This document shows, in pieces, positions 31,624 through 41,092 of a stretch of 64,000 nucleotides of DNA. Each line of letters begins with the position of its first letter. Positions within the stretch are counted from its first letter, which is position 1. This stretch comes from an uncultured Polaromonas sp. (GTDB lineage: Bacteria > Pseudomonadota > Gammaproteobacteria > Burkholderiales > Burkholderiaceae_C). The stretch spans positions 11,055 through 75,054 of the forward strand of contig CAYJMW010000008.1 of NCBI GenBank assembly GCA_964371235.1, given 5' to 3'. Made by a program: the position numbers and the translations under genes. The notes under the pieces are model-generated. The model did no database searches. It saw only the letters and a program-made list of their open reading frames with translations, and was not told the origin of the DNA.

Positions 31624-33594
31624 ATGGCCGACAAACCCATCCCCGAATACTCCGAAAGCTCGATCCGCGTGCTCAAGGGCCTGGAGCCCGTCAAGCAGCG
31701 GCCGGGCATGTACACCCGCACCGAAAACCCCCTGCACCTGATCCAGGAAGTGATCGACAACTCGGCCGACGAAGCGCTGGCCGGGCATGGCAGGAAACTC
31801 AAGGTCACCTTGCATACTGACGGCTCCGTGACCGTCGAAGACGACGGCCGCGGCATCCCGTTTGGCATGCATCCGGAGGAAAAAGCGTCGGTGCTTGAAC
31901 TGGTGTTCACGCGTCTGCATGCGGGGGGCAAGTTCGACAAGGGCAAGGGCGGCGCCTACAGTTTTTCGGGCGGCCTGCACGGCGTGGGCGTGAGCGTCAC
32001 CAATGCCTTGTCGAAGCGGCTTGAAGTCAGCTCTTACCGTGAAGGCAGGGTCGCCACACTGGTATTTTCCGGTGGCGATGTCATTGAAAAACTGGTCTTG
32101 CGCAAGAACGGCGACGGCGACCGGCGTTCGGGCACCACGGTCCGGGTCTGGCCCGACACCAGCTACTTTGAGTCCGCCGTTCTGCCCCTCGCCGATTTGA
32201 CGCATTTGCTGCGCAGCAAGGCGGTGCTGATGCCAGGCGTGAGTGTGACCTTGAGCAATGAGAAAACGAAGGAAAGCCAAACCTGGGTGTTCAAGGGCGG
32301 CTTGCGCGACTACCTGTTGCAGACGCTGACTGCGGACCCGGTGATTCCGGTGTTCGAAGGAGAAAGTTTTGCCGATGCTTCGCATGACAGTTTTGCCGAA
32401 GGCGAGGGCGCCAGCTGGTGCGTGGCCTTTACCGAAGACGGCCAGCCGGTGCGCGAAAGCTACGTCAACCTGATCCCGACCAATGCCGGCGGCACGCACG
32501 AGAGCGGGCTGCGCGATGGCCTGTTCAATGCGGTCAAGAGCTTTATCGAGCTGCATTGCCTGCTGCCCAAAGGCGTCAAGCTCCTGCCCGAAGACGTGTT
32601 TGCCCGTGCCAGCTATGTGCTCTCTGCCAAGGTGCTGGACCCGCAGTTTCAGGGCCAGATCAAGGAGCGCCTGAACTCGCGTGACGCCGTCCGGCTGGTC
32701 TCAAGCTGCGTGCGCCCGGCGCTCGAGTTGTGGCTGAACCAGCATGTCGATTACGGCAGGAAACTGGCCGAACTGGCCATCAGGGCCGCACAAACGCGCC
32801 AGAAAGCCGGGCAAAAGGTTGAAAAGCGCAAGGGCTCGGGCGTAGCGGTGTTGCCCGGCAAGTTGACCGATTGCGAAAGTCGCGACCTGGCCTACAACGA
32901 GGTGTTTCTGGTCGAGGGTGACTCGGCCGGCGGCAGCGCCAAGATGGGCCGCGACAAGGAGAGCCAGGCGATTCTTCCCCTGCGCGGCAAGGTTCTCAAC
33001 ACCTGGGAAGTCGAGCGCGATCGGCTCTTTGCCAACACCGAAATCCATGATATTGCGGTGGCCATCGGGGTCGATCCGCACGGCCCGAATGACACGCCGG
33101 ACCTGAGCGGATTGCGCTATGGCAAGGTCTGCATCCTGAGCGACGCGGACGTGGACGGCTCGCACATCCAGGTGCTGCTGCTGACGCTCTTTTTCCGCCA
33201 CTTCCCGAAATTGATAGCCGCCGGTCACGTTTATGTGGCAAGGCCGCCGCTGTTTCGTGTGGACGCGCCGGCCCGCGGCAAGAAACCGGCCTCCAAGGTC
33301 TATGCCCTTGATGAGGGTGAGCTGATTGCCATTTTGGATAAACTGCGCAAGGACGGCGTTCGCGAAAACGCCTGGAGCATCAGCCGCTTCAAGGGCCTGG
33401 GTGAAATGAGTGCGGAACAATTATGGGATACCACACTCAATCCGGACACCCGCCGCCTGATGCCGGTGCAACTGGGCAACCAGGATTTTGAGCAAACCGA
33501 GAGCCTGATCACCAAACTGATGGGCAAGGGCGAAGCGGCAGCGCGCCGCGAACTGATGGAGTTGCACGGCGATGCCGTGGAAATTGATATTTGA
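31624..33594 (+). CDS. parE: DNA topoisomerase IV subunit B
   Basis: EVIDNSADE, GGLHGVG, VEGDSAGGS, SDADVDG and RFKGLGEM; no GyrB insertion. Confidence 0.97.
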   Translation: MADKPIPEYSESSIRVLKGLEPVKQRPGMYTRTENPLHLIQEVIDNSADEALAGHGRKLKVTLHTDGSVTVEDDGRGIPFGMHPEEKASVLELVFTRLHAGGKFDKGKGGAYSFSGGLHGVGVSVTNALSKRLEVSSYREGRVATLVFSGGDVIEKLVLRKNGDGDRRSGTTVRVWPDTSYFESAVLPLADLTHLLRSKAVLMPGVSVTLSNEKTKESQTWVFKGGLRDYLLQTLTADPVIPVFEGESFADASHDSFAEGEGASWCVAFTEDGQPVRESYVNLIPTNAGGTHESGLRDGLFNAVKSFIELHCLLPKGVKLLPEDVFARASYVLSAKVLDPQFQGQIKERLNSRDAVRLVSSCVRPALELWLNQHVDYGRKLAELAIRAAQTRQKAGQKVEKRKGSGVAVLPGKLTDCESRDLAYNEVFLVEGDSAGGSAKMGRDKESQAILPLRGKVLNTWEVERDRLFANTEIHDIAVAIGVDPHGPNDTPDLSGLRYGKVCILSDADVDGSHIQVLLLTLFFRHFPKLIAAGHVYVARPPLFRVDAPARGKKPASKVYALDEGELIAILDKLRKDGVRENAWSISRFKGLGEMSAEQLWDTTLNPDTRRLMPVQLGNQDFEQTESLITKLMGKGEAAARRELMELHGDAVEIDI

Positions 33595-34472
33595 TGAATC
33601 CTTTTGCGACGTTTTTTTCTTTTCTGCAAGGGGCAGCCCGTGGCCGCTGGCGCGCGCTGGTCTTGCCAGTGTTGGTCATGCTGCTCGCGGCTTTGCAGGC
33701 TACGCCAGCCCGGGCTGATGTCTGGGGCTACGTTGATGCGCAGGGCATTGCGCACTTTTCAGTGCTGCGGCTCGATGAGCGTTACCAGCTTTTTTTCCGC
33801 GGTAATGCGAGCTTTAGCGCCGGGAACACGGGTCACGCCGGCAACGCCGCGGCAGACAGTACTTACCAGGCGACGGACATGGCCACGGCGCCGCCCAAAT
33901 TACTTGCCTATTTTGATGTGTCGCCCAGCTACAAGGCGGTCAAGCACTTGCTGCGCGAAGCTTCCCTGACGCACGGGATTGATTACGAACTGCTGCAGGC
34001 CTTGATCGCCACCGAATCCGGATTCAATACCCAGGCGGTTTCACCGAAAGGTGCGGTTGGCCTGATGCAGCTGATTCCACCGACGGCTGCGCGTTATGGC
34101 GTGCGGGCCGACAAGAATTCCCCCGTCCAGAAAAAGCTTACTGACCCCAGGACCAACATCCGGGCCGGATCAAACTACCTGAGCGACCTGATCAAGCTGT
34201 TTCCCGGACAGCTTGAACTCGCCATAGCCGCCTACAACGCCGGTGAGGGCGCGGTACAGCGGGCGGGCAACAAGATACCGAACTACCCCGAAACCAGAAA
34301 TTACGTCAAGACCGTGATGCAACTCTATGAGCAGCTCAAGCCCCCCAGCATGACCGCCGCGTCCAGCCGGGTGCGCATGGAAATGATGGGCGGCGCCAAG
34401 GGTCGAAGCACCAGGGTGGCTTCCACCGGGGTGTCGTCCGTCCCGTCAGAGGTCAGCGCTCAACTGGACTGA
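33591..34472 (+). CDS. lytic transglycosylase (SLT domain)
   Basis: ALIATESGFN, SPKGAVGLMQL and AAYNAGEGAV; ATGA overlap with parE. Confidence 0.92.
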   Translation: MMNPFATFFSFLQGAARGRWRALVLPVLVMLLAALQATPARADVWGYVDAQGIAHFSVLRLDERYQLFFRGNASFSAGNTGHAGNAAADSTYQATDMATAPPKLLAYFDVSPSYKAVKHLLREASLTHGIDYELLQALIATESGFNTQAVSPKGAVGLMQLIPPTAARYGVRADKNSPVQKKLTDPRTNIRAGSNYLSDLIKLFPGQLELAIAAYNAGEGAVQRAGNKIPNYPETRNYVKTVMQLYEQLKPPSMTAASSRVRMEMMGGAKGRSTRVASTGVSSVPSEVSAQLD

Positions 34473-34602
34473 CCGCCCTCTTTACCGGTTCCAGATCAAC
34501 CCGCAGGGCGGACCGAAAATCGACTCTGCCTGCTTATCCCGTGCCTGACGCCACCTGCGCAACCAGCCAAGGCACAAGCTGCTCAACCCAAGCAAACGCA
34601 CC

Positions 34603-36957
34603 ATGGACCTTTTTACGCCCGACGCTCAAGCCCAGAACCCGGAACCCGCTGACGAGGACTGCCTTGCCGCGTACGCGCAGCGCGCTTACCTTGAATACGC
34701 GCTGAGCGTCGTCAAGGGCAGGGCCCTGCCCGATGTGTGCGACGGCCAAAAGCCGGTGCAGCGGCGCATTTTGTACAGCATGGCGCGCATGGGTCTGGGC
34801 TTTGGCGGCGCCAATGGCGCTAGCGGTGCCAGGCCGGTGAAAAGCGCCCGCGTGGTGGGTGATGTGCTGGGCCGCTTCCATCCGCACGGCGACCAGGCCG
34901 CTTACGATGCGCTGGTGCGCATGGCGCAAGACTTTTCACAGCGTTACCCGCTGATTGATGGCCATGGCAACTTTGGCAGCCGTGACGGCGATGGCGCCGC
35001 CGCCATGCGTTACACCGAGGCGCGGCTGGCCCGCATCACCAGCCTGCTCATGGAAGAAATCGATGAGGGCACGGTGGAGTTCGTGCCCAACTACGATGGA
35101 TCGACCGAGGAGCCCAGCCAGCTCCCGGCACGCCTGCCATTCACGCTGCTTAACGGCGCCAGCGGCATTGCCGTGGGACTGGCCACCGAAATTCCCAGCC
35201 ACAACCTGCGCGAGGTGGCCGACGCCTGCGTTGCCCTGATCAAGACCCCCAAGCTCGGTGATGATGAGTTGTACACACTGATCGCCGGGCCCGACTACCC
35301 GGGCGGCGGGCAAATCATTTCAAACCCCGCGGACATCGCGGCGGCGTACAGCACCGGACGGGGTTCGCTCAAGGTGCGCGCGCGCTGGAAGATTGAGGAC
35401 CTGGCGCGCGGCCAGTGGCGGCTGGTGGTGCAGGAGCTGCCGCCCGGTGTCAGCACGCAGCGGGTGCTGGAAGAAATTGAAGAGCTGACCAATCCCAAGA
35501 TCAAGGCCGGCAAAAAAACACTCAGCCAGGATCAGGTGCAACTCAAGCAGACGATTCTGACCGTGCTCGACGTGGTGCGCGACGAATCGAGCAAGGACGC
35601 CGCCGTGCGCCTGGTCTTTGAGCCCAAGAGCAGCAAGATCGGGCAAATGGAGCTCATCAACACCCTGCTGGCGCACACCAGCCTGGAGAGTTCCTCCTCC
35701 ATCAACCTGACCATGGTCGGGCTCGATGGCAAGCCGACGCAAAAGTCCCTGCGGCAAATGCTGACGGAGTGGCTGGCGTTCCGCCAGACCACGGTGCAGC
35801 GGCGCTCGCAGCATCGCCTCACCAGGGTATTGGACCGCATTCATATTCTGGAGGGGCGGCAGTTGGTGCTGCTCAATATCGATGAGGTGATTGCCCTCAT
35901 CCGCCAGTCCGACGAGCCCAAAGCCGCGTTGATTGCGGGCTTCAAGTTAAGCGACCGGCAGGCCGAAGACATTCTTGAAATCCGCCTGCGCCAACTGGCC
36001 CGGCTCGAAGCCATCAAGATTGAGCAGGAGCTTAAAACCCTGCGCGAGGAGCAAGGCAAGCTCGAAGAAATTCTGGGCAGTCCGGCGGTGTTGCGCAGGT
36101 TGCTGATCAAGGAAATTGAAGCCGATGCCAAGCAGTTTGCCGACCCGCGCCGCACACTGATCCAGGCCGACAAAAAGGCCGCGCTCGAAATCAGGGTGCC
36201 CGACGAGCCGGTCACGGTGGTGGTCAGCAGCAAGGGTTGGGTGCGCGCCCGGGGCGGGCACGGGCATGATGCGGCCAGCTTTGCCTTCAAGCCGGGCGAC
36301 GCGCTTTACGGCACGTTTGAATGCCGCACGGTCGACACCTTGCTGGTGTTTGGCAGCAACGGCCGGGTGTACTCCGTGCCCGTGGCCATGTTGCCCGGCG
36401 CACGCGGCGATGGCCAGCCGCTGACCACCCTGATCGAGCTGGAATCAGGAACGCAGATGCTGCATTATTTTGCCGGGCCCGCCGCTGCCGTGCTGCTGCT
36501 GTCCAGTTCGGGCGGCTACGGATTTCTGGCCACGCTGGAGAGCATGATTTCACGCAACAAGAGCGGCAAGGCCTTCATCAGTCTGGGCGAGGGTGAAACC
36601 GCCTGCCGTCCCTCGCATGCGCAGGGCAGCACGGGTGCGCAACCGCTGCCGCCCGCCACGCATGTGGCCTGTGCGTCAACTGGCGGGCGCATCCTCACAT
36701 TCGAGATCGGCGAACTCAAGCAGATGGACAAGGGCGGGCGCGGCCTCATGCTCATCGACCTGGAGCCCAAAGACACGCTGGCGGGCGCGGCGGCTTATAC
36801 CCGCAGTGTGAAAATTGAAGGCGTAGGGCGCGGCGGCAAAGCGCGCGAGGAAACGCTGGAAATCCGCAGTTTGAACAATGCCCGGGCCGCCCGGGCCCGC
36901 AAAGGCAAGGCGGCTGATCTGGGCTTCAAGCCGACTTCGATCACACGGGTTGAGTAA
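34603..36957 (+). CDS. parC: DNA topoisomerase IV subunit A
   Basis: DGQKPVQRR, KSARVVG, HPHGDQAAY and AAAMRYTEARL. Confidence 0.97.
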   Translation: MDLFTPDAQAQNPEPADEDCLAAYAQRAYLEYALSVVKGRALPDVCDGQKPVQRRILYSMARMGLGFGGANGASGARPVKSARVVGDVLGRFHPHGDQAAYDALVRMAQDFSQRYPLIDGHGNFGSRDGDGAAAMRYTEARLARITSLLMEEIDEGTVEFVPNYDGSTEEPSQLPARLPFTLLNGASGIAVGLATEIPSHNLREVADACVALIKTPKLGDDELYTLIAGPDYPGGGQIISNPADIAAAYSTGRGSLKVRARWKIEDLARGQWRLVVQELPPGVSTQRVLEEIEELTNPKIKAGKKTLSQDQVQLKQTILTVLDVVRDESSKDAAVRLVFEPKSSKIGQMELINTLLAHTSLESSSSINLTMVGLDGKPTQKSLRQMLTEWLAFRQTTVQRRSQHRLTRVLDRIHILEGRQLVLLNIDEVIALIRQSDEPKAALIAGFKLSDRQAEDILEIRLRQLARLEAIKIEQELKTLREEQGKLEEILGSPAVLRRLLIKEIEADAKQFADPRRTLIQADKKAALEIRVPDEPVTVVVSSKGWVRARGGHGHDAASFAFKPGDALYGTFECRTVDTLLVFGSNGRVYSVPVAMLPGARGDGQPLTTLIELESGTQMLHYFAGPAAAVLLLSSSGGYGFLATLESMISRNKSGKAFISLGEGETACRPSHAQGSTGAQPLPPATHVACASTGGRILTFEIGELKQMDKGGRGLMLIDLEPKDTLAGAAAYTRSVKIEGVGRGGKAREETLEIRSLNNARAARARKGKAADLGFKPTSITRVE

Positions 36958-37024
36958 GCGGGCCTGGCTTTCAACGTTCATGCCGGTTTTGACGCAGGCC
37001 GCCAAACCATAAGACAATACGGTC

Positions 37025-37450
37025 ATGCACGCCAAGCCCATCGATCTGTCGCCACTCGTCAAGGCGCTTGCCCAGTTGCAGGAAGCGTTGCGCTTTTGGC
37101 ATGAACAGCCGAAAGACTCCGCGCTCAAGCCGCATTTGCGCTCGGCGGTTATTCAGTCGTTTGAATTCACCTATGAGCTGTCGGTGCGTATGCTCAGACG
37201 CGTTTTGATGGAACGCTCCGAGGCGGCTGATCTGGTGGCTGATTTGTCTTTCAACGATCTGCTGCGCAAAGCAGCCGACGCAGGTTTGCTTACCGCGCCC
37301 GAGCTGTGGCGGCAGTGGCGTGAAATGCGCAATGCCACCAGCCACACCTATGACGAAGCCAGGGCGGCTGAAGTTGCGGCAGGTGTTGATGGCTTTGCCG
37401 CTGGCGCAGTTGAGCTGCTGGCCAAACTGGAGGAAAACCTTGGGCATTGA
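37025..37450 (+). CDS. HEPN / nucleotidyltransferase substrate-binding protein (HI0074-like)
   Basis: AVIQSFEFTYEL and RNATSHTY (R-X4-H-X-Y). Confidence 0.88.
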   Translation: MHAKPIDLSPLVKALAQLQEALRFWHEQPKDSALKPHLRSAVIQSFEFTYELSVRMLRRVLMERSEAADLVADLSFNDLLRKAADAGLLTAPELWRQWREMRNATSHTYDEARAAEVAAGVDGFAAGAVELLAKLEENLGH

Positions 37451-37784
37451 CACGCAAACCGCATTGCACATCCAGAGCAAGCTTGCGGTGACACTGAGCC
37501 CGGACCAACTGCACGATGTGCGTCAAATCATCGCGCAAGTCATTCCTGGCGCGCAGGTTTGGGTCTTTGGTTCCCGCGCAACCGGTAGAGCACGGCCGTT
37601 TTCAGACCTTGACCTGTTGCTCACGCAACCCCCGCGGCTCAACTGGGCGCAGCGTGCGGCATTGAGAGACGGCTTTGAGGCCAGCGATCTGCCTTTCTGT
37701 GTTGATGTGGTCGAAAGCGCCGGGCTGGCTCCGGGCGTGGCAGAGCGCATTCAGTCGGAGCGGGTGGCCTTGCCGGTTTCGTAG
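37440..37784 (+). CDS. minimal nucleotidyltransferase (MNT)
   Basis: TTG at 37440, 6 nt after GGAGG and overlapping the HEPN stop; FGSRATGRARPFSDLDL (GS-X10-DXD) and LPFCVDVV. Confidence 0.88.
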   Translation: MGIDTQTALHIQSKLAVTLSPDQLHDVRQIIAQVIPGAQVWVFGSRATGRARPFSDLDLLLTQPPRLNWAQRAALRDGFEASDLPFCVDVVESAGLAPGVAERIQSERVALPVS

Positions 37785-37833
37785 CTGGGCGCAAGGCCCC
37801 GAAACCCCGCGCAATCGCTCCAGCCAGGGCGCC

Positions 37834-38304
37834 TCACCCCACCTCGGCAATCAGCTCGATCTCCACGCAAGCTCCCAGTGGAATTTGCGCCACGCCAAAC
37901 GCGCTGCGGGCATGCTTGCCGGCGTCGCCAAACACTTCACCGAGCAGTTCGCTGCAACCGTTGGTCACCAGATGCTGCTCGGTGAATTCGCCAGTCGAGT
38001 TGACCAGGCTCAGCACCTTGACAATACGCTTGACCTTGTTCAGGTCGCCGACGGCCGCGTGCAGCGTCCCCATCAGGTCAATCGCGATGGCGCGCGCCGC
38101 CGCCTTGCCTTGTTCGGTGGAGATGTTTTTGCCGAGCTGGCCGACGATGACCTGGCCGTCTTTTTTGGGGAGATGACCGCTCAGGAAGATCAGGTTGCCG
38201 GTCTGCACGAAAGGCACGTAGGCGGCAGCCGGGGCGGCTACCGCGGGCAGGGTAATGCCCAGTGTTTTTAGTTTGTCATAGACGTTTTTGGCGTTGATAC
38301 TCAT
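37834..38304 (-). CDS. RidA/YjgF family protein
   Basis: AAYVPFVQTGNLIFLSG, QHLVTNGCS and HARSAFGVAQIP. Confidence 0.92.
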   Translation of the reverse strand: MSINAKNVYDKLKTLGITLPAVAAPAAAYVPFVQTGNLIFLSGHLPKKDGQVIVGQLGKNISTEQGKAAARAIAIDLMGTLHAAVGDLNKVKRIVKVLSLVNSTGEFTEQHLVTNGCSELLGEVFGDAGKHARSAFGVAQIPLGACVEIELIAEVG

Positions 38305-38359
38305 GGGGGTGTCCTGGGGGGTGAATGATTGAATCCATGAATATAACTGCGAATAGCTG

Positions 38360-40996
38360 ATGGACTTAGCGGCGACAGCCAGACTTCGAGCAGGCAGCGT
38401 GAGCCCCGGCTTTCTTTTCAGCGGTTTCATTGCCGGGGTGGCGCTGCAACTGCAGCAGGCCAGCCTGTGGCAGGGCGTGGGGTATGCCACGCTAGCGGCG
38501 CTGGGCGGTGCGCTGGTGGGGGTTCTATATGCTGCCGCGGCGAGAAGAAACTTTCGCGGCGCCGGATGGGCTGTTTTACTGAGCACAGCGCTGCTGGGTT
38601 TCGGCGTAACAGGTTGGCGGGCCAGCGCTTTTCAGTCCACCACATTGAACCCGGCGCTGGAAGGGCGCGACATTGTGGTGACTGGCGCCGTGCTGGCAAT
38701 GCCGCAGCCCGGTCAGGACGGGGTGCGTTTTCGCCTTGGCATCGAATCGGCCCGTCTCAACGGGCAGCCCGTGACCCTGCCGCCGCAGCTTCTGCTAGGC
38801 TGGTATGCGGGTTTTGGTGTGCGGGAGGCCAAAAGTTCGGCACTGGAAAGTGCTGATCCTTCCGAGTTGGAGCTGGCCTTGCAGCGCCAGCCGCAAACCC
38901 TGCGTGCCGGCGAGCGCTGGCGCATGACGGTGCGGCTCAAGGCGCCGCATGGCAACAGCAACCCTCATGGTTTTGACTACGAGCTCTGGCTGTGGGAGCA
39001 GGGCATTCAGGCCACCGGCTATGTGCGAGCCGGGCCGCACGATGCGCCACCTGTCAAACTCTCCAGCAGTTGGGCGCATCCGGTTGAGCGCGTCCGCCAG
39101 TCGGTGCGTGAAGCCATCTATGAGCGCGTCGAAAACCGGCCACTCGCCGGTGTGCTGGCCGCGCTGGTGGTGGGTGATCAAAACGCCATTGAGCGCGCCG
39201 ACTGGGATGTTTTCCGGGCGACGGGCGTGGCGCATCTGATGAGCATTTCTGGCCTGCACATCACCATGTTCGCGTGGCTTGCGTCCCTGCTGCTGAGCAG
39301 TCTGTGGCGGCGCTCCGCCCGGCTGACGCCGCGGCTTTGCCTGGCGCTGCCGGCCAGCAGCGCTGGTGCCTTGGGTGGGCTTGTCCTGGCTGCCCTGTAC
39401 GCGCTGTTCTCCGGCTGGGGCGTGCCGGCCCAGCGCACCATCTGGATGCTGGCGACGGTCGTGCTGCTGCGGCAAAGCGGCAAGCAGTGGCCCTGGCCGC
39501 AAATATGGCTGCTGGCCATGGCCGTGGTGGTGGCGCTGGATCCCTGGGCCCTGATGCAGGCCGGGTTCTGGCTGTCGTTTGTGGCGGTGGGTGTGCTCTT
39601 TGCCGCCGGGCCGTCCCAAGGCAAAGAAGCCCCCCCGGGGGGCAGCGACCCACACGCAGTGGATGAGCGTGGGGGCCATCTTGCTACAGATTCAGGAGCT
39701 GATCACGTAAGTGGTACAAGGGCTGGCGGCCAATTTGACTCACAAAATGGGGTTGATCCCTGGTATTGGCGACCCTGGCTGGCCAAACCCCTGGCCGGCC
39801 TGATGCGTGCCGCCCATGAGCAATGGGTGGTCACGCTGGCGCTTACCCCCTTGTCTCTGCTGCTGTTCAATCAGGTGTCGCTGGTTGGCTTGCTGGCCAA
39901 TGCGGTGGCGATTCCCTGGGTCACCCTGCTGGTCACGCCGCTGGCCATGCTGGGCGTGCTGTGGGCTCCGGTGTGGGACGTGGCGGCATGGGCGGTCGGC
40001 TTGCTGGCGGCGTTTTTGCAGTGGCTGGCCGCATGGCCGCTGGCTTCCCTCAGTGTGGCCGCGGCGCCGCTGTGGTGCGCTGTGGCAGGCGTGCTGGGCG
40101 GCGGCCTGCTGGCCTTGCGGCTGCCGTGGCACTGGCGCGTGCTGGGCCTTCCGCTGCTGCTGCCGGTGCTGCTGTGGCAGCCCGCGCGCCCGGCCCCCGG
40201 GCAGTTTGAACTGCTGGCCGCCGACATCGGGCAGGGCAATGCGGTCCTGGTGCGCACCGCCAGCCATGCGCTGCTGTACGACACCGGCCCGCGGTTTTCA
40301 CGCGAGAGTGATGCCGGCAACCGCGTGCTGGTGCCGCTGTTGCGCGCGCTGGGCGAGAAGGTGGACATGCTGGTGTTGAGCCACCGTGACGGCGACCATA
40401 CCGGCGGCGCGCCCGCCGTGCTGGCGATGCAGCCGCAGGCCAGCTTGCTCAGCTCGATTGAAGACGCGCACGAGTTGCAGGCGCTGCGCAAGGCCACCCG
40501 CTGCGTGGCGGGCCAGCGCTGGAATTGGGACGCGGTGACTTTTGAAGTGCTGCATCCGGCGCTGGCTGATTACGAGGTGGCCAACAAATCAAACGCCATG
40601 AGCTGCGTGCTGCGTGTTTCCAACGGCAACCAGACCGCGCTGCTGGTGGGAGATCTGGAGTCCGCGCAGGAACTCAGGCTGGCGTCAGGCACCGACTCTG
40701 CCCGCTTGCAGGCCAACTTCCTGCTGATGCCGCACCATGGCAGCAAAACCTCATCGAGCGGGCCGTTTCTGGATGCGGTGCAGCCGCAACTGGCGCTGGC
40801 GCAGGCGGGTTACCGCAACCGCTTTGGCCACCCGGTCGAATCGGTGCTGGCGCGCTACCGGGAGCGCGGCATCCGGCTGGTCAAGTCGCCACAGTGCGGG
40901 GCCGCGACCTGGCAAAGCCTCAAACCCGGCGACATCACCTGCCAGCGGCAAGAGGGCCAGCGCTACTGGCATCATGTGATCGGGATGGATAAATAG
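38360..40996 (+). CDS. comEC: DNA internalization competence protein ComEC/Rec2
   Basis: NPHGFDYE, HLMSISGLH, GFWLSFVAV, DIGQGNA, SHRDGDH and PHHGSKTSS. Confidence 0.95.
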   Translation: MDLAATARLRAGSVSPGFLFSGFIAGVALQLQQASLWQGVGYATLAALGGALVGVLYAAAARRNFRGAGWAVLLSTALLGFGVTGWRASAFQSTTLNPALEGRDIVVTGAVLAMPQPGQDGVRFRLGIESARLNGQPVTLPPQLLLGWYAGFGVREAKSSALESADPSELELALQRQPQTLRAGERWRMTVRLKAPHGNSNPHGFDYELWLWEQGIQATGYVRAGPHDAPPVKLSSSWAHPVERVRQSVREAIYERVENRPLAGVLAALVVGDQNAIERADWDVFRATGVAHLMSISGLHITMFAWLASLLLSSLWRRSARLTPRLCLALPASSAGALGGLVLAALYALFSGWGVPAQRTIWMLATVVLLRQSGKQWPWPQIWLLAMAVVVALDPWALMQAGFWLSFVAVGVLFAAGPSQGKEAPPGGSDPHAVDERGGHLATDSGADHVSGTRAGGQFDSQNGVDPWYWRPWLAKPLAGLMRAAHEQWVVTLALTPLSLLLFNQVSLVGLLANAVAIPWVTLLVTPLAMLGVLWAPVWDVAAWAVGLLAAFLQWLAAWPLASLSVAAAPLWCAVAGVLGGGLLALRLPWHWRVLGLPLLLPVLLWQPARPAPGQFELLAADIGQGNAVLVRTASHALLYDTGPRFSRESDAGNRVLVPLLRALGEKVDMLVLSHRDGDHTGGAPAVLAMQPQASLLSSIEDAHELQALRKATRCVAGQRWNWDAVTFEVLHPALADYEVANKSNAMSCVLRVSNGNQTALLVGDLESAQELRLASGTDSARLQANFLLMPHHGSKTSSSGPFLDAVQPQLALAQAGYRNRFGHPVESVLARYRERGIRLVKSPQCGAATWQSLKPGDITCQRQEGQRYWHHVIGMDK
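39605..39676 (+). repeat. GC-rich palindromic element inside comEC loop
   Basis: GCCGGGCCGTCCCAAGG...GCCCCCCCGGGGGGCAGCGACCCACACGCAGTGGATGAGCGTGGGGGC; C7/G6 hairpin and GCCCCC...GGGGGC inverted ends. Confidence 0.55.
39683..39737 (+). repeat. 55-bp dispersed element, copy G (in comEC)
   Basis: GCTAC-AGATTCA-GGAGC TGATCACGT AAGTGGTAC AAGGGCTGG CGGCCAATTTG. Confidence 0.75.
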
Positions 40997-41025
40997 CGCT
41001 GGATGCACCGGTGAATACACCGGGT

Positions 41026-41041
41026 TGGCGCATAACTTGCT
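41026..41041 (+). promoter_or_regulatory. sigma54 -24/-12 promoter
   Basis: TGGCGC-ATAAC-TTGCT; GG (41027-28) and GC (41039-40) at canonical spacing; 52 bp upstream of the ATP-grasp ATG. Confidence 0.75.
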
Positions 41042-41092
41042 AAGCTACAGTCAAGCCACGCGCTTGCTACAACCCCGCCGGAGATCAAACCC

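Noticed and set aside
30883-32556. 557-aa minus-strand ORF, and other long antisense ORFs such as 41051..42397, 46683..47843 and 55080..56102
   Set aside because: Antisense shadows of well-conserved genes, as expected in high-GC DNA.
34515-34585. Further weak matches to the 55-bp element (also near 16471, 23932, 38341 and 47549)
   Set aside because: They lack the palindromic core or the fixed-position GGC.
41004-41023. NtrC binding site upstream of the ATP-grasp promoter
   Set aside because: Only a TGCACC half-site plus a CCGGTG-N4-CACCGG hairpin; does not fit TGCACC-N5-GGTGCA and abuts the -24 box.
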